The position numbers were made by a program, and so were the translations under genes. Below, in pieces: positions 58,893-64,000 of a stretch of DNA of 64,000 bases (the first letter of the stretch is position 1; each line of letters begins with the position of its first letter). The notes under the pieces are model-generated. The model was given only the letters and a program-made list of their open reading frames with translations, did not search any database and was not told the DNA's origin. The stretch is from Nitrospirales bacterium (GTDB lineage Bacteria; Nitrospirota; Nitrospiria; Nitrospirales; UBA8639), in contig OY729426.1 in assembly GCA_963422365.1 (NCBI GenBank), positions 1,472,001-1,536,000 of the forward strand. Reading direction: 5' to 3'.

Positions 58893-60593
58893 ATGGCGAT
58901 GCTCCCCAAAAAATGGCTGGTGCGTTCGATTGATCAGAAGCAGGTCGATGCTCTGGCCAGGACTCTTGGTCTCTCACCCATTACGGCAACGGTCTTGTGT
59001 GGAAGAGGCGTTGTCGAGCCTGATCAGGCCAAAACCTGGCTCTCATCCCTCGGAGGCTCGACCCATGATCCGTTTGCCCTGCCTGATATGGAACGGGCCA
59101 TTGATCGTCTTGATCTGGCAATCCAACGAGGTGAGCAGATCTGCTTTTACGGAGACTATGACGTTGACGGCATGTCGGCCACGAGCCTTCACTTACTTTT
59201 TTGGCGACATGTCGGTGCCAAAGCGGAAGTCTATATTCCTCACCGACAAGAGGAAGGGTATGGTCTTCATGAAGGGGCAATTCGGAAATTAGCCCATGCC
59301 GGCGTGTCCTTGTTGCTCACGGCGGATTGTGGAACCACCTCGCACCAGGAGATCGAGGGGGCTCGTCGCTTGGGCATGGACGTCATTGTGACCGATCATC
59401 ATCAACTTCAATCTCCAATGCCGGAGACGGTTGCGTTGATCAATCCGTACCGCCCGGATTCAGCCTATCCTTTCCAAGGATTATGTTCCGGCGGTTTGGC
59501 CTACAAGGTGGTGGAAGCCTACGCACAAAAGTATGGAGCCGCAGACGTGTCGGTCGAGATGTTTCGCGATCTGGTGGCGTTGTCTTCCATCGCCGATTTG
59601 GTTCCGCTCCGTGATGAAAACCGAGTCCTGGTGCGGGATGGGCTGGCTCAGGTGTCTCAGGGGACACGATGTGGGATCCGAGCGCTGACACAAGGCCTGG
59701 GTCTGACCGGGGCGTGTTCGGCCGGCACGATTGGGTTTGGTGTGGCTCCGCGTCTCAACGCGGCTGGACGATTAGCCCATGCCGATCTGGGCGTCAGGTT
59801 GCTCACGACAGATTCCGAATCCGTGGCCTTTGAACTTGCGCAACAGTTGGAGCAACTGAACCGTCAACGGCGACAGATTGAAGAAGAGATGACTCGAGAG
59901 GCGATCACGCAGGTGGAAGCCGGTGACCCGCCACACGCGATTGTGGTGGCAGCAGAAGGGTGGCATAGTGGCGTGATCGGCATTGTCGCGGCGCGGTTGG
60001 TGGAACGATATCACCGTCCTGCGGTCGTGGTGGCGTTTGATCGGCACGGTACAGGCAAAGGGTCGGTCAGAAGCATTGCCGGCTTCGACGTATGTCAAGC
60101 CTTGAAGAAATGTCAACAGAACTTAGTGGCCTTTGGTGGGCACCCGATGGCAGCTGGCCTCACGGTCAGACACGAAGCTTTTTCTGATTTCAGGCGCGGA
60201 TTTTGTGAAGTCGTCGATGGATTAATGGATACGACACTGCAGGTTCCCACTCTGGACGTGGATGCGGCTATTGCGCTTTCTGACGTGCAATTGCCCCTTC
60301 TCCGGGAATTAGAACAACTGCAACCTTTCGGGATGGGCAATCCTGAGCCGACTTTTATGAGTCACGGGCTTTCGGTGCTGGAGAAGAGAGTGGTAGGGGA
60401 TAATCATCTGAAATTGGTTGTTCGTCAGAACCACTCTGTCCCCATGGACAGTATCGGGTTTCGGATGGGAGGACTGGCGAAAGCCCTTGACGGGGGAAAC
60501 GGACGAATTGACGCGGTGTTTAGTCCGGAGTTGAATCATTGGAAAGGCTTGAGCCGCATTCAACTTCGGCTGTGTGACGTGCGAGTCGGGTAA
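58893..60593 (+). CDS. recJ: ssDNA exonuclease RecJ
   Basis: 'YGDYDVDG', 'TDHH', 'PRLNAAGRL', 'FGGHPMAAG', 'PFGMGNPEP'. Confidence 0.96.
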   Translation: MAMLPKKWLVRSIDQKQVDALARTLGLSPITATVLCGRGVVEPDQAKTWLSSLGGSTHDPFALPDMERAIDRLDLAIQRGEQICFYGDYDVDGMSATSLHLLFWRHVGAKAEVYIPHRQEEGYGLHEGAIRKLAHAGVSLLLTADCGTTSHQEIEGARRLGMDVIVTDHHQLQSPMPETVALINPYRPDSAYPFQGLCSGGLAYKVVEAYAQKYGAADVSVEMFRDLVALSSIADLVPLRDENRVLVRDGLAQVSQGTRCGIRALTQGLGLTGACSAGTIGFGVAPRLNAAGRLAHADLGVRLLTTDSESVAFELAQQLEQLNRQRRQIEEEMTREAITQVEAGDPPHAIVVAAEGWHSGVIGIVAARLVERYHRPAVVVAFDRHGTGKGSVRSIAGFDVCQALKKCQQNLVAFGGHPMAAGLTVRHEAFSDFRRGFCEVVDGLMDTTLQVPTLDVDAAIALSDVQLPLLRELEQLQPFGMGNPEPTFMSHGLSVLEKRVVGDNHLKLVVRQNHSVPMDSIGFRMGGLAKALDGGNGRIDAVFSPELNHWKGLSRIQLRLCDVRVG

Positions 60594-60622
60594 TGAGTGA
60601 ACCTCGACAGGAATGACCTCTT

Positions 60623-62815
60623 ATGTTGCTGTCTAATGTCGCAGAAATTGATGACCTGATTCGGCAAGTACAAAGTTGCCATCCCGATGCAGATGAAGCG
60701 TTGCTTCGTCGTGCCTATGCGTTTTCAGCGAAAGCGCATGAAGGGCAAACTCGTCGGTCTGGCGAACCATATCTGCAACATCCGCTGGCCGTCGCCGGCA
60801 TTTTGACCTTTCTCAAGCTCGACGTGACCGCCATTGTGGCGGGGCTTCTCCATGATACCTTGGAAGATACCGTCGCGACCCAAGAAGAGTTGCAAACGCA
60901 GTTTGGACATGAGGTGACGCATCTTGTTGAAGGGGTCACGAAAATTGGCCAAATTCCTTTCCGGACGTATGAAGAGAAACAAGCTGAAAATTTTCGGAAG
61001 ATGCTGTTATCGATGGCCGATGATATCCGAGTGGTGTTTATCAAATTAGCCGACCGTCTTCACAACATGAGAACGCTGGGACATTTGTCAGAGGGCAAGC
61101 AAAAGCAAATTGCCCAAGAAACCCTGGAAATTTATGCGCCCTTGGCCAACCGGTTGGGCATGAGCGAGATGAAACAAGAGCTTGAAGATTTATGTTTCCA
61201 GTCTCTCAAGACTGAAGCCTATTCCTTATTGAAGCTCCGAGTGGCGAAACGGGATGAAGAACGGCAAGTGTATGTCCAGTCGATTCTTCAGGAGACGGTC
61301 GATGCGTTGGCCGTGTCCGCGTTGCCTGGCCAAGTGGCAGGACGTCCCAAACATTTGTACTCCATTCATCAAAAAATGGAGCGTCAGGGTATTCTGTTTG
61401 AAGAAATTCATGACCTTGTGGCTGTTCGTATTATCACCGACACCAAGATCAATTGCTATACGATTCTCGGCCTCGTGCATTCTTTATGGCCGCCGGTGCA
61501 TGGGCGATTTAAGGATTACATCGCCACGCCTCGCACCAATCTCTACCAATCGCTTCATACGACGGTGCTGGGGCCTCAAGGCGATCATGTGGAATTTCAA
61601 ATACGAACGGAAGAAATGCACCGTCTCGCAGAATATGGGGTGGCGGCACATTGGCGCTACAAAGAACAGATCAAAGTCGACGAGCGTGACGAAAAGGTCT
61701 TTAGCTGGCTCCGGCAATTTGTGGAATGGCATCAAGACCTCTCTGATAATCGCCAGTTCATGGATTCCGTCAAGCTTGACCTCTTTCATTTGGATGTCTT
61801 TCACGATGTAGTCTTTGCCTTTACGCCGAAGGGAGAAGTGAAGGAATTGCCGCTGGGATCCACATTGGTCGACTTTGCCTATGCGATTCACACTCAGGTG
61901 GGAGATCATTGCGTCGGGGCGAAAGTGAATGGAAAAATTGCGCCCCTTCGGCAAGCGCTCGTCAGTGGCGATACCATAGAAATTCTGACCTCGCCAACCC
62001 AAGCGCCGAGGAAAGAGTGGTTAAAGTTTGTTCGGACATCCCGTGCGAAAGCAAAAATCAAACACTTTTTGAAAAGCGAAGAGCAAAAGCAAGGGTTGGA
62101 ATTGGGGCATCGATTGCTTGAACGTGAGTTTCGTCAGCATCATCTCCCGTCCACGCAGTTATTTAAATCGGACGGGCTGTCAAAAATTGCCAGCGAGAAA
62201 GGATATGAATCCGTCGATGATATGACCCGGATGGTGGGGTATGGGCGGCTGTCAGCCGTGCAACTGGTCAATTGGCTTGTGTCGCCTGGCGAGGATGTCG
62301 TGAAAGGTGACGAGGCCGTTCACGCGATGCCCAAGACGACACCGGCTCAGAACCCTGTCAAATCCGTACAGGTCATGGGGGAACGGGATGTCCTGATGCA
62401 GTTATCAAAATGTTGTAGCCCTGTGCCGGGCGATCCCATATTGGGCTACATCACACGCGGACGCGGGCTGACGATCCATTCGAAGGGATGTCCCAATCTT
62501 GAGACCTTGGACTATGAAAAAGATCGCTTAGTCGAGGTTGAATGGGATGCAACGATCGAAGGGAATCATTCAGTCAAGGTGTGCGTGTTAACCATTGATC
62601 GCCCTGGAGTGTTAGCCAACGTGTCCTCATCCATTTCTGCGTCGAAGGCCAACATCAGTCGAGCAGAAATTGCGACGAGAGAAGATCAAAAGGCCGTCCT
62701 TGACTTTGTGATTGAAATTTCCAATACCCTTCATCTTGAACGAACGCTCGAAGCCATAGGGCGTGTGGATGGCGTCATTTCAGCCAAACGCGTTCGCAGT
62801 TGGCAAAATTCATGA
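60623..62815 (+). CDS. rel: Bifunctional (p)ppGpp synthetase/hydrolase Rel/SpoT
   Basis: HD motif 'LLHDTLED', 'KLADRLHNMRTL', 'RFKDYI', 'YQSLHTTV', TGS and ACT domains. Confidence 0.95.
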   Translation: MLLSNVAEIDDLIRQVQSCHPDADEALLRRAYAFSAKAHEGQTRRSGEPYLQHPLAVAGILTFLKLDVTAIVAGLLHDTLEDTVATQEELQTQFGHEVTHLVEGVTKIGQIPFRTYEEKQAENFRKMLLSMADDIRVVFIKLADRLHNMRTLGHLSEGKQKQIAQETLEIYAPLANRLGMSEMKQELEDLCFQSLKTEAYSLLKLRVAKRDEERQVYVQSILQETVDALAVSALPGQVAGRPKHLYSIHQKMERQGILFEEIHDLVAVRIITDTKINCYTILGLVHSLWPPVHGRFKDYIATPRTNLYQSLHTTVLGPQGDHVEFQIRTEEMHRLAEYGVAAHWRYKEQIKVDERDEKVFSWLRQFVEWHQDLSDNRQFMDSVKLDLFHLDVFHDVVFAFTPKGEVKELPLGSTLVDFAYAIHTQVGDHCVGAKVNGKIAPLRQALVSGDTIEILTSPTQAPRKEWLKFVRTSRAKAKIKHFLKSEEQKQGLELGHRLLEREFRQHHLPSTQLFKSDGLSKIASEKGYESVDDMTRMVGYGRLSAVQLVNWLVSPGEDVVKGDEAVHAMPKTTPAQNPVKSVQVMGERDVLMQLSKCCSPVPGDPILGYITRGRGLTIHSKGCPNLETLDYEKDRLVEVEWDATIEGNHSVKVCVLTIDRPGVLANVSSSISASKANISRAEIATREDQKAVLDFVIEISNTLHLERTLEAIGRVDGVISAKRVRSWQNS

Positions 62816-62820
62816 GCATC

Positions 62821-63312
62821 CTACTTCGGCAACTCAATGGTAAGTTGGGTGCCTGGGGTGAGCTTAAGCGTTGTGGCCTGTCCCGCGCGAAGTTCTAGAA
62901 CCCGGACCGCAGCGGTTTTCGGCCGATAGCGTGGGCAAAGATTGTCGGTTCTTGTGCAAATTGGGACGTGCCGTTCAATGTGAACGATGGTTCCGTCCCT
63001 GTCCAACCATAAAATATCCAAGGGCATTTTGGTGTTTTTCATCCAAAACGTCCAATGGCTGGGGTCTGGAAACTCGGGGAACGTAAAGAGCATGCCTCGA
63101 TCAGGAGCCATCCTCGTTCGGTACATCAACCCCTTGCTCCGTTTTGCCGGCGTATCGGCGATTTCACAATAAATCGTAAACCCATCGGGTGTTGACACCG
63201 TGGCCAAGCCTGATGGATGGTGGGTAGGAGGCGTTGGAGGTGCGGAGAATGCAAAGAGGCTCGTGCTTAGAACCAAGCCGGCAAGCAAATTGAGTAAATG
63301 AATCAAGGGCAA
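62821..63312 (-). CDS. DUF192 family exported protein
   Basis: 'EIADTPAKRSKGLMYR', 'GMLFTF', 'FWMKNTKMPLDILW', 'VLEL'. Confidence 0.88.
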   Translation of the reverse strand: MPLIHLLNLLAGLVLSTSLFAFSAPPTPPTHHPSGLATVSTPDGFTIYCEIADTPAKRSKGLMYRTRMAPDRGMLFTFPEFPDPSHWTFWMKNTKMPLDILWLDRDGTIVHIERHVPICTRTDNLCPRYRPKTAAVRVLELRAGQATTLKLTPGTQLTIELPK

Positions 63313-63533
63313 CCTTTTGTTGGAATGGAGGACAATGATTCCGGTTTTTCCATGAAGGCCATGCTAGAACCACTTGCACAACCTGTCAAACAGGGAGCCG
63401 GATAAAATCGCCTGCACCTTCGAGACCTCATAGAATCGCCAAGAGGCAAAAGCCGTTCAATAAGGAACGGTAATCTGGTTCTCTTTGCAATTCTCCGAAC
63501 ATTCCCCTGTGATTGTGCGTGTAATTTATTGTC

Positions 63534-63562
63534 TTGACTGGTCCTTAATCTGTATATATAAT
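63534..63562 (+). promoter_or_regulatory. Near-consensus sigma70 promoter of the tRNA operon
   Basis: TTGACT-17nt-TATAAT. Confidence 0.75.
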
Positions 63563-63740
63563 ATTAAGTTTGGTGGGTCGCCCCTTAACGGTTTTCAAGG
63601 AAAAACGTGAGATGCCCTTTTTACCTGTTTTGGCAGGGAAATTGGGTTTTGCCTTTCTTGCCTCCCACCCTATCGTTCTACTCTTTCCCTTAATTTTATT
63701 GATGCAGGAGGGGGACTGCCAAACGATTGAGTTGCTAATA

Positions 63741-63825
63741 GGGCAGGTACCCAAGTGGACAAAGGGGGCAGACTGTAAATCTGCTGCCATCGGCTTCCAA
63801 GGTTCGAATCCTTGCCTGCCCACCA
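63741..63825 (+). tRNA. tRNA-Tyr (GTA)
   Basis: GGGCAGG acceptor stem, anticodon arm gcaga-ctGTAaa-tctgc, long variable arm, GGTTCGAATCC, encoded CCA. Confidence 0.96.
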
Positions 63826-63942
63826 TAGAAAATGTGTTGTTTCGATCGTAACGTGATAAATGAGAAATTTATTCAAGTCAATGGCCTTTTGAATCGTAAG
63901 AGTAAGTAAAGATATAGATCAGCAGTGCATTCGAAAACTGTG

Positions 63943-64000
63943 GCGGGCGTAGCTCAGTGGTAGAGTTCCAGCCTTCCAAGCTGGCTGTCGCGGGTTCAAG
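63943..64000 (+). tRNA. tRNA-Gly (TCC), truncated by the window end
   Basis: GCGGGCGTAGCTCAGTGGTAGAG, ccagc-ctTCCaa-gctgg, GGGTTCAAG. Confidence 0.92.

Noticed and set aside
63545..63876. ORFs overlapping tRNA-Tyr
   Set aside because: Translations of the tRNA and its promoter region
1..64000. CRISPR array or cas genes
   Set aside because: No regularly spaced repeat-spacer run and no cas-like ORF seen; the repeats are dispersed palindromes

Overview
The window looks like the chromosome of a Nitrospirales (Nitrospira-like) chemolithoautotroph. Its core carries most of the reductive TCA cycle: five-subunit For-type 2-oxoglutarate:ferredoxin oxidoreductase, ATP-citrate lyase aclBA, aconitase, soluble fumarate reductase subunits, sucCD and a monomeric IDH. 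Housekeeping genes include surE, cysS, rlmB, type IV minor pilins, hflKC, a K+-independent H+-PPase, recJ, rel, tRNA-Tyr and tRNA-Gly. There is also a stand-alone Pup gene ending GGE. Accessory parts are: a three-gene DUF262/AAA-DUF3696/RelE-like defence operon (Menshen-like); two toxin-antitoxin loci; and an uncharacterised cluster of two paralogous B12-binding radical SAM enzymes, a DUF512/Mmp10-like radical SAM and a PhzF-family isomerase, which is the best candidate for an undescribed pathway. All three toxic effector genes carry inactivating lesions while their partners are intact. Several other pseudogenes, many GTAG/CGTC-type REP palindromes and a GC-rich relic bounded by inverted repeats point to ongoing genome erosion. 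All calls come from reading motifs by eye; no database searches were run.
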